DNA of 64,000 nucleotides, from IMG/VR virus record IMGVR_UViG_3300010163_003545, positions 5,287 to 69,286 of that record. One strand, written 5' to 3'. Below the pieces are notes generated by a model that worked only from the letters and a program-made list of their open reading frames with translations, searched no databases and was not told where the DNA came from. Shown in pieces: positions 1-10,325 of this stretch. The position numbers and the translations under genes were made by a program. This stretch comes from a virus. Positions within the stretch are counted from its first letter, which is position 1. Every line of letters begins with the position of its first letter.

Positions 1-31
1 GGGTTAGCTCATTCTAACTTTTGTGCAAAGT

Positions 32-442
32 TTAAGGCAGCGTGCGTTCCAGAATGTACATCGTCACGCCCAACGTGTTGGCATACTCACCACAGAACTT
101 ATAACCTCCCTTGGCAGCGCCGTCGCCCGCCACGGTTTCCTTAGCAAACTTACCGTCCGTCACAGTAATCGGATCATCCTGGGTCAGCCCAGCGGCGTCC
201 GTCACCAGATCAGTCGCAATGCGCTCACCCTTGAGCACCGGCACGCGAGTGTACAGGTCGCCAGTCTTGATATCATCATTATCCTTGGGGCGAGGCGTAT
301 ACACAGCATTCTCACCATTATACTGAATCTCACGCATGGCCACGAAATGGCCGTCATCCAACGGAGTCCCAACCTTCATATCGGCAGTAGCAGCGACGAT
401 CTGCGCGGACTTGCCGTTGTATTCCTGCAAAAACTTCAACAT
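32..442 (-). CDS. small capsid-associated protein (possible head decoration protein)
   Basis: 136-aa ORF immediately downstream, in the transcription direction, of the scaffold-like gene in the head operon. Position is analogous to lambda gpD. No diagnostic motif was found. Confidence 0.3.
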   Translation of the reverse strand: MLKFLQEYNGKSAQIVAATADMKVGTPLDDGHFVAMREIQYNGENAVYTPRPKDNDDIKTGDLYTRVPVLKGERIATDLVTDAAGLTQDDPITVTDGKFAKETVAGDGAAKGGYKFCGEYANTLGVTMYILERTLP

Positions 443-465
443 GGTTCTGTCACCTGTCCTTTCAA

Positions 466-1998
466 TCAGTTGTTATACTTTCTTAGAGCAGCAGAAAGAC
501 GCTCTCCTGGAGTCATTGCCTCTAAAATGTCCAGTCTCATCACCGGCGTGACCTCAGAAGCTTCCACAGCACCCTCATCCTTCTGGCTGTCCAAAAGACG
601 TTCGGCAATATACAACTTCAACTTGTTTTCATCCACCTCAGCAATCATATCACTGATCGGGGCGCTGCTAATCTCTTTCTCAGTAAACAGCTTGCAACGC
701 TTTACATTAGCAACCATCTGCGAGCGCTTAGCAGCCCTCTCAGCTTCGGCTTTTTCCATCTCAGCGGCTTCAAACTTCGCCTTATACTCACTAAGCTCGC
801 TATTCTGCTTTTCAAGTATCGCTATCTTTTCGTCGCGGCTCGCAATCTCAGCGTTGATATTGCGCGGACTTACGGTAAGTGTAACCGGAGTCTTGCTTAT
901 AATGTTCACCCGATTGTCCTTGACCTCATACTTGACAGAAACAAAGTCTAGCTCATTACTACGATAAAGATGTATAAGCGCCTCGTTTTCGGTCGGAAAA
1001 ATAAAAGCGATATAGCCATTTGCATCATCGCTCGTCCCCAGCGCACGACCCAATTCTCGCCGCAGATCACTGTCCGTCAAGGCAGATGTCTCCACTGTCT
1101 CTGCCGAATTGGCCTCCGCAGTCACCTCAACAGTTTCGCCCACAGCATCTTCTTCAGTCTTCGTCGCAGTGTCTGTGGTCTGTTCAGTGACCTCTGTGCT
1201 AACTTTCGTATTCTCCACCTGTGCGTCCTCTTCTTCGATCCTAATGTTCTCGGTATTTCCCATGACTTCCATCACCTCATTCAGCCCGCTTGTCTCGCAA
1301 TCAGAGATCGGGCCATCTTCCTCCTGATGCTCTTGTACATCAAGGTAGAGAGCTTCTGCGACCATCAACTCGCTATCAGTACACTCGCTCTCTTCAGCTA
1401 CCGATATCACCGCCGAAGCTTTCCCAAAGGCCGGTTTCGCAAACTCATAGCCCAAGAATGCATTTCCCAGGAAAGAGTAATCCTCAAGATATTTGATACC
1501 GTCTTTATAGGAGTATTGTGAAACTTCTACCTCCCAAGAATTATGCAGTTTTCCTTCGCTGAATAGACGCAGTATCGCCGCGACAGCGTTCTTATTCCGC
1601 TTCCATATGCGCTGCTTTGCAATGATTACGGGCAACTTCTGTGCTGACCCATCAGCAGCGACAACTTGCCTCTCCTCAATACGCACGTCTGTATGCACGC
1701 CAATGGGGATCGTATCAAACTCCAACTGACCGTTGCGCGCTTTAACTTCGTGTCCCTTGAAAGTTGGCTGCCCCTTTCGATTCTTTGCGCACTTGGCATA
1801 CACGGGCATTTCGCAAAGCGTCTGCGCTCGCTCAAGCGTCGCAGCCTGCTCCTCTTTGGTCGTACCATAGTTCATCTGCCGCCCATTGGCATTGGGGTAG
1901 TTCAGGTAACACACCACATTTTCAAGCTCCAAATAATGTCGGTGCTCAGCAACGTCAATCTGCACTCCCTGTATCATAAACTTATCCTGTTCATTCAT
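466..1998 (-). CDS. head scaffolding-like protein (acidic linker plus C-terminal coiled coil); protease fusion possible
   Basis: 510 aa. Long Glu/Thr/Val-rich acidic segment (TEVTEQTTDTATKTEEDAVGETVEVTAE) and a C-terminal heptad-like region (EKQNSELSEYKAKFEAAEMEKAEAERAAK). Sits between the portal and the small capsid protein. 2 nt overlap-free tight operon spacing. Confidence 0.4.
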   Translation of the reverse strand: MNEQDKFMIQGVQIDVAEHRHYLELENVVCYLNYPNANGRQMNYGTTKEEQAATLERAQTLCEMPVYAKCAKNRKGQPTFKGHEVKARNGQLEFDTIPIGVHTDVRIEERQVVAADGSAQKLPVIIAKQRIWKRNKNAVAAILRLFSEGKLHNSWEVEVSQYSYKDGIKYLEDYSFLGNAFLGYEFAKPAFGKASAVISVAEESECTDSELMVAEALYLDVQEHQEEDGPISDCETSGLNEVMEVMGNTENIRIEEEDAQVENTKVSTEVTEQTTDTATKTEEDAVGETVEVTAEANSAETVETSALTDSDLRRELGRALGTSDDANGYIAFIFPTENEALIHLYRSNELDFVSVKYEVKDNRVNIISKTPVTLTVSPRNINAEIASRDEKIAILEKQNSELSEYKAKFEAAEMEKAEAERAAKRSQMVANVKRCKLFTEKEISSAPISDMIAEVDENKLKLYIAERLLDSQKDEGAVEASEVTPVMRLDILEAMTPGERLSAALRKYNN

Positions 1999-2150
1999 CC
2001 TCCGCTCTCACCTCCTCTCCATACACAATTCCAAGTTCCAGCTCTTCTGGGAGCATTGTTATCTTTGCGAGCAAACCAAGAAATCTCTTGACTACACTTT
2101 CTATTCCCCCACAGGGGCAACGAATCTTCTTCACTTAAAATCACCCCGTA

Positions 2151-3860
2151 TTAGTTCAACGCCTGATAGCGCTCATGGTCGTATGCCTGCTTCTCAGGAT
2201 TCTTGGAGTTTTCGTCAGGCGACCTACCACCCTTCTTTTCTCCAGCTTTTGGCGCATTTTTAATCTCGGGGGCAGCCCCTCCACCACCGCTTTGCTTATT
2301 CGGACTGGCAGTATAGGCATTGGCCCACGGTTCAAACACATCGCCTGTGCCGTCTTTGTTTTCTTTCTCGCGGCGTTCGCGCTCATCTTTGTAAGATCGC
2401 CCGATGATTTCAAAGGCTGTCTCATAACTGCAATTAAAGGTCTGATGCAAGGTACGAGCCAGTTCCATCTTCACATTCGGCTCCATGTACTCAGAGTCGA
2501 TGATTTCCACTCGTGGCGCATAGGCAATATCTATCCCGCGATCCTGCAAGACCACCCTATACCACTTTTCCAGGATCGGCTCCAGTTGGCGCGATATTTT
2601 ATTGATTGTGCGCATCAATTGCTTTGTGCCGAGGTTTACCGATCCAAGGCTTTGTCCGCCGCCGCTAAGCATAAACTCTACGCCCAGCGTACTCATAATA
2701 CGCCCTCGCAAATAGCTAATCATCTGTATGTTCGTGGTATCACCTTTGGGCTCGACATACGAAATTTTGAGCACACTCGGGGGTGTCGTAACTGCCACAA
2801 TGCTCTGCCCCCAAGCATCCATAAAGTTCTTATGCACGCGTGCCTGTTCTTCGTAGCAATCCTTCTTGTATTCCGGCCCAAGAATTTCTTTAATCATTTG
2901 CTGATGGATGATTGTCTTAGAGCGATTACGCGCCGCCGCCCGGTCAGCAGCCTCGAATTTTTCCAACAATAGCGCCGGTGTCAGCGCACGAAAATAGGGA
3001 GACAGTCCATACTGCCTCCCCTGATTGTTGATGCGCATTACACCAGTATTGCTTAAGTCCAGCTTCGCATATTTTTCTTTAGCAGTGTAAGCTTTCTGCA
3101 CCTCGGGTGCGTAGTTAGCTTTTACTTCGTCGTCCGTCTTCTTAAAGAAAAGAGGCTGTCTCTTCTTGGTTGTCTTATGTGTCTTATTCAATCGGTTCTT
3201 GAGTTCATCAATGTTCATTAGAACATAAGGGTCTCCACCGACCTCATAATCGCTAATTTCAACGACACCCAACGGATAACTGTCTACCACATAGTCGGAA
3301 CCGGTTAAATCTTCTTGGCTTTTCCCCGCGCCTTCCGTTCTCCGACGTAGATATAGCACATATGTCCCATCCCGGAAGGTGCTCGTGATTGCTTCGCGGA
3401 TAATCCTATCGAGATTTACCTTCTCGTTAAAATCGGCAATCACGGCCTTCGCACGAACCAGCGTCTTCGCGTCGCGTTTTTCATCCATCGCACGCTCATC
3501 AGCCCAAATTAAACGAATGTCTGTATTCACATTGTTTTCAATAGCGTCCTGCGTTGCCCCAAACAAATCGTTCTTATTCACATATTGCCTGTCGATCTCA
3601 ATAATCTCCCGCGTCTTAGATAAATCACTCTGAGGCGCAACGGACAGTTCTTCGATTCGGCTCTGCGTCAAAGAGGCTTGCGTCTCACTCGCAGACAGAT
3701 AGGCGGAATACGCTCGATTAGATGGATCGTAAGTTTCCCCCGCAGTCGCAAGGAGCATATCATACCGAGGTGGCGTATCCTCGGACTTCTTCGCCACTTC
3801 ATTCGGGTAAATAATATGAAATTCTTTCTCTTCCAAGACACCACCTCCTTCACTCGTCAT
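2151..3860 (-). CDS. phage portal protein (putative)
   Basis: 569 aa. Its start overlaps the TerL stop by 11 nt (3850..3860). Size and position between terminase and scaffold fit a portal. No motif-level proof. Confidence 0.5.
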   Translation of the reverse strand: MTSEGGGVLEEKEFHIIYPNEVAKKSEDTPPRYDMLLATAGETYDPSNRAYSAYLSASETQASLTQSRIEELSVAPQSDLSKTREIIEIDRQYVNKNDLFGATQDAIENNVNTDIRLIWADERAMDEKRDAKTLVRAKAVIADFNEKVNLDRIIREAITSTFRDGTYVLYLRRRTEGAGKSQEDLTGSDYVVDSYPLGVVEISDYEVGGDPYVLMNIDELKNRLNKTHKTTKKRQPLFFKKTDDEVKANYAPEVQKAYTAKEKYAKLDLSNTGVMRINNQGRQYGLSPYFRALTPALLLEKFEAADRAAARNRSKTIIHQQMIKEILGPEYKKDCYEEQARVHKNFMDAWGQSIVAVTTPPSVLKISYVEPKGDTTNIQMISYLRGRIMSTLGVEFMLSGGGQSLGSVNLGTKQLMRTINKISRQLEPILEKWYRVVLQDRGIDIAYAPRVEIIDSEYMEPNVKMELARTLHQTFNCSYETAFEIIGRSYKDERERREKENKDGTGDVFEPWANAYTASPNKQSGGGGAAPEIKNAPKAGEKKGGRSPDENSKNPEKQAYDHERYQALN

Positions 3861-5694
3861 AGTTCAAAACCGATACGGTTGAGGCCCTATCTAGCACAAT
3901 TTTCTTTTGTTCTTCCGGCTTCACGGCTTGTCCATGCCTTAACTTTGCCAAATACCAGCAAAGAAGCCCAAAAGAAAATGCACGGTCATCGTGCATCACA
4001 TTTCGCTTTTCTGGCGGGTAGTTATATGTTACGCTGTCTCCATTCACATACTTACACATCGTTGTAATCTCTGTCTTTAACATTTCTATCTGCGTTAGTG
4101 CAATTTGTTCTTCCAAGGTTAGATCATATCGCAATTCCTCTCCGTCCTCATTCACAAGCGCCAGATAGTCCTTACCCTTTTCGTACTCAGCGGGGAAAGA
4201 CACAACGCCTAATTTTATCATATCTTCCATTGCCCGGAAAATATTGTTGCGTTCAGCGCGTGGCTCCACAAGCCTAAAAATCTCAGCTGCATTTGGCCAA
4301 TCATCCAGGCGCTCACGATATCCTTTATGCGTTGGATCAATCAACCCTTTATGCTTCACTCCCTGCGCATCTTGCCAGTCCTGTAGCATGTAGTCAGCAA
4401 CACCGCCGATCATACCACCACCAGCACCAGCATCGCCAATCACTGCCTCGATGTTCTCGTAGTCCAGCTTTCCTAGTTCTGTGCCGTTGTAGCTTAATAG
4501 AAGCTTTTTGAAATCATTCACCTGCTCGGGCATGGTTTTAGGCGTGCGATTCTTCAACTTTGCGTCTGCAAAGCTCACCACGTTGCCTAAGTGCATGCAC
4601 CAGCCCATAATGGGATCGTTATAGAACTCTGCTACGCAAACGACGCTATTATCATTCATGCGAGCGCTATCCCACGCGAGAGCAAAACGCTGTACGCCCG
4701 TTTCATTACGAAGGGTAGGCGGCATAGGCCGTACACACTGCATTAAAGTGCGAGGTGTTACGATCTGCCCCTCATAGCTGCCGCTAGAAAATTTGTTGAA
4801 CAACTCGCGCTGCGCTTTCTCAGGATCTTCCCTCATTTGCTTTTCCACGGCCTCGCGGGTGATCAAACTGCGGTATTTTTCGCCGTCCTTTGTTGCATTT
4901 AGGATTACGTCCACATTAAAATCGCAGACAAAATAATCACTGTTGCCCATCATCATTTCGCGGGTAAAGTTCCGAATCTTTGCGAAGTAACCTGATTCCG
5001 TGTCAGACGCGGAAGAACCATAAATGAGCTGCTTTTGAAAAGCCGGGGGTTCAAGTTCTAGCTTTAACCCAACGCCCATCTTAAAGTCGCTGTCCTGATT
5101 CGCGAAGTTCTCACCTTGAATAAACAACTCATCTGAATACCAGCCGCTCTCATCAAAAAACACCAAATCGGCACGCTTACCGCGAACGTTGTCAGGGTTG
5201 CTATTAAGCGTGTTAATCGTAGAGCCGTTGAATAACTCACAGGTGAAAGAGGCCGGGTCATGGGAAAAGCCGTCACTATTTACGGGGATCACAACTTCTC
5301 CGAGAAAAAATTCCGTACTCCCCGTGAAACTTTCAATTCTATTCTTGGCGATCTTTTCAATCTTCTGAAAAACTTCTTTACTCTGCGCGCCCGTCTTGCC
5401 AAGGAAGTATGTATTGTGACCCGGTAACAATACGCTACGTGTCATCGTATACAGAGCACCCTCTGTCGTTTTGCCCGCATTGCGGCACATCAGCCATGCG
5501 GCATACCTCGCAGTCCACGTCATCGTGAATACGTACCGCTGTAAATCCAGAAGTTCAACCCCCATGAACTCTCGCTGGAAATCCACTGGGTGCCGCAACC
5601 CCCACGCACGTACTTTGTTGTATTTATACCATCCTTCCAGCTTTCTTTCGTTCACCTGCCGGTCAGAAGGTATGCTCATAAAATCAAACGGCAT
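3850..5694 (-). CDS. terL: terminase large subunit
   Basis: 614 aa. Walker A-like CRNAGKTT near the N-terminus and an acidic C-terminal nuclease-like half. Overlaps the upstream gene by 11 nt and the downstream portal by 11 nt. Confidence 0.75.
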   Translation of the reverse strand: MPFDFMSIPSDRQVNERKLEGWYKYNKVRAWGLRHPVDFQREFMGVELLDLQRYVFTMTWTARYAAWLMCRNAGKTTEGALYTMTRSVLLPGHNTYFLGKTGAQSKEVFQKIEKIAKNRIESFTGSTEFFLGEVVIPVNSDGFSHDPASFTCELFNGSTINTLNSNPDNVRGKRADLVFFDESGWYSDELFIQGENFANQDSDFKMGVGLKLELEPPAFQKQLIYGSSASDTESGYFAKIRNFTREMMMGNSDYFVCDFNVDVILNATKDGEKYRSLITREAVEKQMREDPEKAQRELFNKFSSGSYEGQIVTPRTLMQCVRPMPPTLRNETGVQRFALAWDSARMNDNSVVCVAEFYNDPIMGWCMHLGNVVSFADAKLKNRTPKTMPEQVNDFKKLLLSYNGTELGKLDYENIEAVIGDAGAGGGMIGGVADYMLQDWQDAQGVKHKGLIDPTHKGYRERLDDWPNAAEIFRLVEPRAERNNIFRAMEDMIKLGVVSFPAEYEKGKDYLALVNEDGEELRYDLTLEEQIALTQIEMLKTEITTMCKYVNGDSVTYNYPPEKRNVMHDDRAFSFGLLCWYLAKLRHGQAVKPEEQKKIVLDRASTVSVLNYDE

Positions 5695-7051
5695 CGTCGC
5701 TCACCGCCTGCGTTGCCTCGTCGTTCCCCCGCATCTCGTCCAAAATTGCCTGTGCGTCCGGTTCAACAGCCGCTTCTTCATCGCTAAGTTCAATAAAAAC
5801 CTCGTTATTCTTAAAAGGCGTCTTGTGATACTGCCCTGGATGCTTGAGTTCATCAAGTTCCACTTGGGCCTTTCGTAGCTCCTCTTTCAACTCGACGATG
5901 GTTCTGGTCTGAGACTGAATACGTTCCGACTGCTCCGCGACCATCTTCGCATACTCATCGCCGGTAAAATTCAATTCGTCCATTAGCGCCTTGTGACTCA
6001 GCTTACAGATATGCTGATATGCCGCGTCCATCTTCACATCGGCAACGTTCGTTTTCGCCTCCAGAACGCCATTTTTAAGCATTGCGTCTATGGTTCCCGT
6101 GAACGTCTTCGCTGCCTTTGCATTCTTTGCGTCTGCTGCGATCCGGTTTGCCTTCGCAATATTCGTGATAGAACTATTCAGCTTTAACAGAGTGTCCGTA
6201 AGGTTTTTATACACGGTAGGGTCGGGTGCCACAGCACGGAGCATGGCAACCGTTCTCGTCTGAAGAATGGTGACTTGTAGCTGCATTTTTACAATTTCTA
6301 TCACACTGATTAACTTGTGGGGATCGTCTAAAAGAGTCTCATCTGTTAAATATCGAGATAGCATATTAAACAGAGCTTTCCGATCATTGCTCGTATATAC
6401 ATCGTCAGAGAAGGGATCATATCCTAGCATGCGTATGCACGTTACCATATTACGACGATCTTCAAGTTTCCAATTCCCCTCAAGTCTCTCCTGTACCTCT
6501 GCCGAGGAAAGAAATAATTTTCTCTTATCATACAGTTCAAGAAAATTCGTCAATATGCTTTTTCCATGCCCCCATTGAGGATTATTAAGCTGCCGCAAAT
6601 ACTTGCCAAATGAAGCGCTTTCACCACTGGAGACCATCGTTTCATAAAGCATTTCACTAAAGTAATGTCCCGTAACAACGCAAGTCAGGAACATAGCCAG
6701 CTTTTCGTCGCCGTATTCCGCTTTGTAATTGTCCAATAGCTGCTGTGTACAATCAATACAAAGATAAGTGTAACCCTCGTTCCCTTTGAAAGCATCCATC
6801 GCTTGATTGCGATAGAACTTGCTCAATGCGGTCATTGTCATTTTCCCGCAGCATGTGCATTTATATATCTTAGGCAACTTATTTAGATCTTTGTCTACAG
6901 CGATCGTGTATGTTTTTACTGCATGCTTTACCTTATTTTTTCTTCCCGTTTCAACGAACTCAGGATTCTTAGGGGGCCTGCCCCTCTTCTTGGGCGCTTC
7001 TGCACCCGCGTTATTCTCAGGCACAGTCTCACCCCTTTTCACTTGTGCCAA
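5684..7051 (-). CDS. AT-hook/zinc-finger DNA-binding protein, possible terminase small subunit
   Basis: 455 aa. N-terminal KKRGRPPKNP AT-hook-like motif. CTCCGK...CIDCTQ Cys4 pattern. Directly upstream of TerL and overlapping it by 11 nt. Confidence 0.3.
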   Translation of the reverse strand: MAQVKRGETVPENNAGAEAPKKRGRPPKNPEFVETGRKNKVKHAVKTYTIAVDKDLNKLPKIYKCTCCGKMTMTALSKFYRNQAMDAFKGNEGYTYLCIDCTQQLLDNYKAEYGDEKLAMFLTCVVTGHYFSEMLYETMVSSGESASFGKYLRQLNNPQWGHGKSILTNFLELYDKRKLFLSSAEVQERLEGNWKLEDRRNMVTCIRMLGYDPFSDDVYTSNDRKALFNMLSRYLTDETLLDDPHKLISVIEIVKMQLQVTILQTRTVAMLRAVAPDPTVYKNLTDTLLKLNSSITNIAKANRIAADAKNAKAAKTFTGTIDAMLKNGVLEAKTNVADVKMDAAYQHICKLSHKALMDELNFTGDEYAKMVAEQSERIQSQTRTIVELKEELRKAQVELDELKHPGQYHKTPFKNNEVFIELSDEEAAVEPDAQAILDEMRGNDEATQAVSDDAV

Positions 7052-7852
7052 TTACTCTTGAAACAACTCCGCAAACATCTTGCTGGTTTCACTGCGAACA
7101 TCTTCGTCTAACGCGATACAACCAAACCTGGGATTTCCCCGAAATGCCCGACACATCTTTACCAGCGGGTTGTTCGCGTTTTTACAAATCAACGACTGTC
7201 GGTAATCTCCTGCGAAGAAAATCCTAGCATTTTGTCCAACACGAGTACCGATCAGTCGAATCTGACTTTCTGTTAAGTCCTCTGCCTCATCTACAACGAT
7301 GAGCGTATCATTGTAGGTTGTCCCCTTTAGGTAATACGGAATCTGCATATCCAGTACCCCACGGCTGATTAGCGACTCCATTTCAAATTTTCCGCCTGCA
7401 AGCTGCTGCTCCAGTGGTCGAAAGAAATTGCCCACTTTATCCGCGAAATCTCCTGGTAAATGCCCAACGGATGCACCCTCGCCTTTTGCTTCGCGAATCC
7501 CTAGGACACTGCTTTGGTTTCCCCTCTCGTTTACGTGATATAGTGCCATCAGCATTGAGAGATACGTTTTTCCGCTCCCATATGTGCCCAATACAGCTAC
7601 CACCGGTATTTCCTTGTTATTGAGCAAGTCAAGCGCACAGCGCTGCAAACTGTTCTTTGCTTTAACATATGAGGACGGTGGCAGACGAAGCCCGACAAAC
7701 TTTTCACCGTCGAAACGCATTTCTGTTGTCTCCCCGTCATCCGTGTTGGTCAAAATCAAATACTCGTTCGTAACGAAATCGAGATGGGCAGTCCCCATAT
7801 AAGCATTGATCTCTTCAGTCGTTCCAGTGAACGATTGATACCCCGTATACAC
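7052..7852 (-). CDS. phoH: PhoH-like ATPase
   Basis: Walker A GTYGSGKTYL, Walker B IVVDEAEDLT, and the overall PhoH layout (…GDYRQ…). Confidence 0.7.
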   Translation of the reverse strand: MYTGYQSFTGTTEEINAYMGTAHLDFVTNEYLILTNTDDGETTEMRFDGEKFVGLRLPPSSYVKAKNSLQRCALDLLNNKEIPVVAVLGTYGSGKTYLSMLMALYHVNERGNQSSVLGIREAKGEGASVGHLPGDFADKVGNFFRPLEQQLAGGKFEMESLISRGVLDMQIPYYLKGTTYNDTLIVVDEAEDLTESQIRLIGTRVGQNARIFFAGDYRQSLICKNANNPLVKMCRAFRGNPRFGCIALDEDVRSETSKMFAELFQE

Positions 7853-8112
7853 GTTTGCTTCGCTACTGATAGCACATCACCGTCTTTCTTTTTGGTTCCT
7901 ATTCTGGAGCCATGTGCCTGATTTGAACAGGTATTGGTTGAGTACAAATCGACTGTCCTACCGTTGAACGAACATGGCATGGAGCCGGGCATCCTATTTG
8001 AACGGATGTTATACTCTTTACGAAAGAGTTGTCTTACCTCAGACCATCCCGGCGCAATAAAAATGCGACTACTCTCACTCGTCGCCTTCTTCTCTGTATC
8101 TAACCGACAAAC

Positions 8113-8613
8113 TTATCTAGCGAGCCACTCATGGATATGATTCGCGATCCGAATTTGCCCTTTGGGAGTAACCAAAGGTGTATGCGAGAAACGGTCGTAT
8201 CCATACCGTGAGTCGTAATAGCAGCTCTCTTGAACCACAAAATATCCTTCGCTAATATAGCGCTGATATGGCATATTCCATTCACCGCTATACCTTCCAC
8301 TCATGAGAACTCCCTGCGTCCTCAGCAAGGCAAATAGCTGATTTTGCCCGATCTTAAATCCTTTTTGATTTAGGATCCGTGCCATGTCAGCAATGTGAAT
8401 GTTCTCCTGGGTTTTCTCAACAGCCTCAGCAAACGCAACCTTTGGCGCTTGCTCTTCAATTTTATTCTCTGCGGCTATCCTCGCGGCACGTTCTTTCTTC
8501 AAATCAGTCGCAAGACGAATAAGGGTATCCGGGTCAGCTAATACCTTTTCGACCATTTCAGGTGTCATATATGCTCCGCGCTTCCGGACGGAAGGAAGTA
8601 CTTCATGAGTCAC
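8113..8613 (-). CDS. antirepressor C-terminal (KilAC) domain fragment
   Basis: KilAC-like motifs: ARILNQKGFKIGQNQLFALLRTQGVL … RYISEGYF. Same reading frame as the Bro-N ORF, separated from it only by the TAA at 8701..8703. Confidence 0.6.
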   Translation of the reverse strand: MTHEVLPSVRKRGAYMTPEMVEKVLADPDTLIRLATDLKKERAARIAAENKIEEQAPKVAFAEAVEKTQENIHIADMARILNQKGFKIGQNQLFALLRTQGVLMSGRYSGEWNMPYQRYISEGYFVVQESCYYDSRYGYDRFSHTPLVTPKGQIRIANHIHEWLAR

Positions 8614-8700
8614 CCAATGCTTAAAATCGTTCAGTTTCTTAATTCGCCCTTGAACTTCTATGGGGTACGCATTCTGTACCCCATCCCCATGATTTGCCTT

Positions 8701-9060
8701 TTATGGCTGCATGGTGAAAAGCAAGGAATACAAACCAGGCTCATTCACAAAAATCGGAGTCTGTAAGCGACCCATATTATCTGTGATCTCAATAGCGCGC
8801 TTATCAGTGTCATCTACGCGCCCCACACTACGATTGTGATTTGTATCTCCAAACACCGAACATACATCTTTGGCCGCGAACCATGTCTCGCCATCTTCTA
8901 CAATCGCTCTTATCGCCCAAAATTCGTCGTTACGAAACACCTCTACAGCTACAGGAATTTTATTCTCCACTAAAATATCTCTCCTTCGTTTCAGCGGGTC
9001 TGGGTACATACCCCAGCATACATTCCCGCCGTTCGTTTCGGCCTGTGCCGCAAAGCGCAT
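8701..9060 (-). CDS. antirepressor N-terminal (Bro-N/AntA) domain fragment
   Basis: Bro-N motifs: VFRNDEFWAIRAIVEDGETWFAAKDVCSVFG … NEPGLYSLLF. An alternative ATG exists at 9009. Confidence 0.6.
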   Translation of the reverse strand: MRFAAQAETNGGNVCWGMYPDPLKRRRDILVENKIPVAVEVFRNDEFWAIRAIVEDGETWFAAKDVCSVFGDTNHNRSVGRVDDTDKRAIEITDNMGRLQTPIFVNEPGLYSLLFTMQP

Positions 9061-9078
9061 TCCGCGCAGTAGAAAACA

Positions 9079-10323
9079 TCATTCCATTACCACCGGGAAA
9101 TAAACTTCGACTCCGCGTTCATTGCAAATCATGATTGTCTGACTTGCCTTGCCACTCAATCGTTTTTCAATAGTATGGTCATCTCCCGCCCCGCAAAGAG
9201 CGCCATTCTGAATCACCTTTACGCCATTTACCTCCACCAAGGCCGAAAAATGTTTGTGGCCCGTACAAACCGCATAGGGAATATCCCCTAGCATAAACGC
9301 CAGCTTGGAAATCCCCGCCTGCGTAAGTTCATCGTGATCTCCGTGGGCGAAATAATAGAGCTGGCCACAAATGCCCAGTTCCGCCACAGTATTATCCACG
9401 ACCATCCTCGGCTTAAAATTACGAACGTGCCTTAGCGTTGATTTGACATACCATCCAATCAAGTCGTCCAAGCGGTCATCCTTGATGGCTTTCTCCTTAT
9501 TAGACTCAATCCGACTATGGTTCCCAGCAACACTGACAAAGTTCACTTCTTCAAATTCTCGGCACATCTTGTACAGAAAATCTGTGGCCATTTCTGATGC
9601 CGTCATTATTTGCTCAATCACATTTTCACGATTGGCTACCAGAATAGAAGGACGTATAGCGCCGGATATCATGTCACCCATCATGGCGACATTACAGATT
9701 TTGATGTGATTTTGCTTAGCAATAGTACCGACATAGGCGGCTAGGTACTGCAACCGCTCACGCGCGATTGCCGTATTGTAACGACCAAACTCATTGTCAA
9801 ACTCCAAGCCAATGTGCCAATCAGAGAGTAATACTAATATCTCACGTTGATATGGTTCGTGGGAACTCGCTGACCACGCAATATCAGGTTTAATCTCTTG
9901 ATATCGCTCCTTCCCTGCAAGCGCCCACTTAGTCTCAAGCTCGTCTAGCCTCTGGTCAAGTCGAGCCTCATCTCTCACATATTTACCGAGCTGAGTACGC
10001 TCGTCTCGCAAACGCTGACGCTCTTTCAGCAGTTCATGCCGTTCTGCCTTTAGAGCATCCAAAAGGCCGACTGTCTCACTCTCCCCAGAGTCCGCACCCA
10101 TTTTCGAGAAAACATCCTCATAGAACGCTTTTGCGGCTGTGTATGGCCTCCGATACATCCCCTCATTGCGATAGTCATCCTCGTCTCGAAACTCGCGGTT
10201 CATCACTTCCGCAATCTCGTCCCAACTTGCATCCAAAAGGCCCGATGTTTTAGCCTCCCCTATGCGCCAAAGAAACTGACGCTCATTCTCGCCTTCTTTT
10301 TTATGAAATTCCATTGCAGTCAA
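9079..10323 (-). CDS. calcineurin-like metallophosphoesterase with N-terminal coiled coil
   Basis: Phosphoesterase motifs in order: LLSDWHIG (D-x-H), MMGDMISG (GD…), AGNHS (GNH[DE]), GHKHF (GH-x-H). An N-terminal segment of about 150 aa is charged and heptad-like. Confidence 0.7.
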   Translation of the reverse strand: MTAMEFHKKEGENERQFLWRIGEAKTSGLLDASWDEIAEVMNREFRDEDDYRNEGMYRRPYTAAKAFYEDVFSKMGADSGESETVGLLDALKAERHELLKERQRLRDERTQLGKYVRDEARLDQRLDELETKWALAGKERYQEIKPDIAWSASSHEPYQREILVLLSDWHIGLEFDNEFGRYNTAIARERLQYLAAYVGTIAKQNHIKICNVAMMGDMISGAIRPSILVANRENVIEQIMTASEMATDFLYKMCREFEEVNFVSVAGNHSRIESNKEKAIKDDRLDDLIGWYVKSTLRHVRNFKPRMVVDNTVAELGICGQLYYFAHGDHDELTQAGISKLAFMLGDIPYAVCTGHKHFSALVEVNGVKVIQNGALCGAGDDHTIEKRLSGKASQTIMICNERGVEVYFPVVME

Positions 10324-10325
10324 AA

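Noticed and set aside
23-967. 314-aa plus-strand ORF at the window start
   Set aside because: It is antisense to the well-supported minus-strand head genes at 32..442 and 466..1998. Its translation is low-complexity (Ser/Leu/Ile-rich).
8701-8703. Alternative genetic code (TAA reassignment) to explain the split antirepressor
   Set aside because: All other long genes (TerL, portal, RNAP-like, DnaE, RecD, MTases) read through without internal stops in the standard code.
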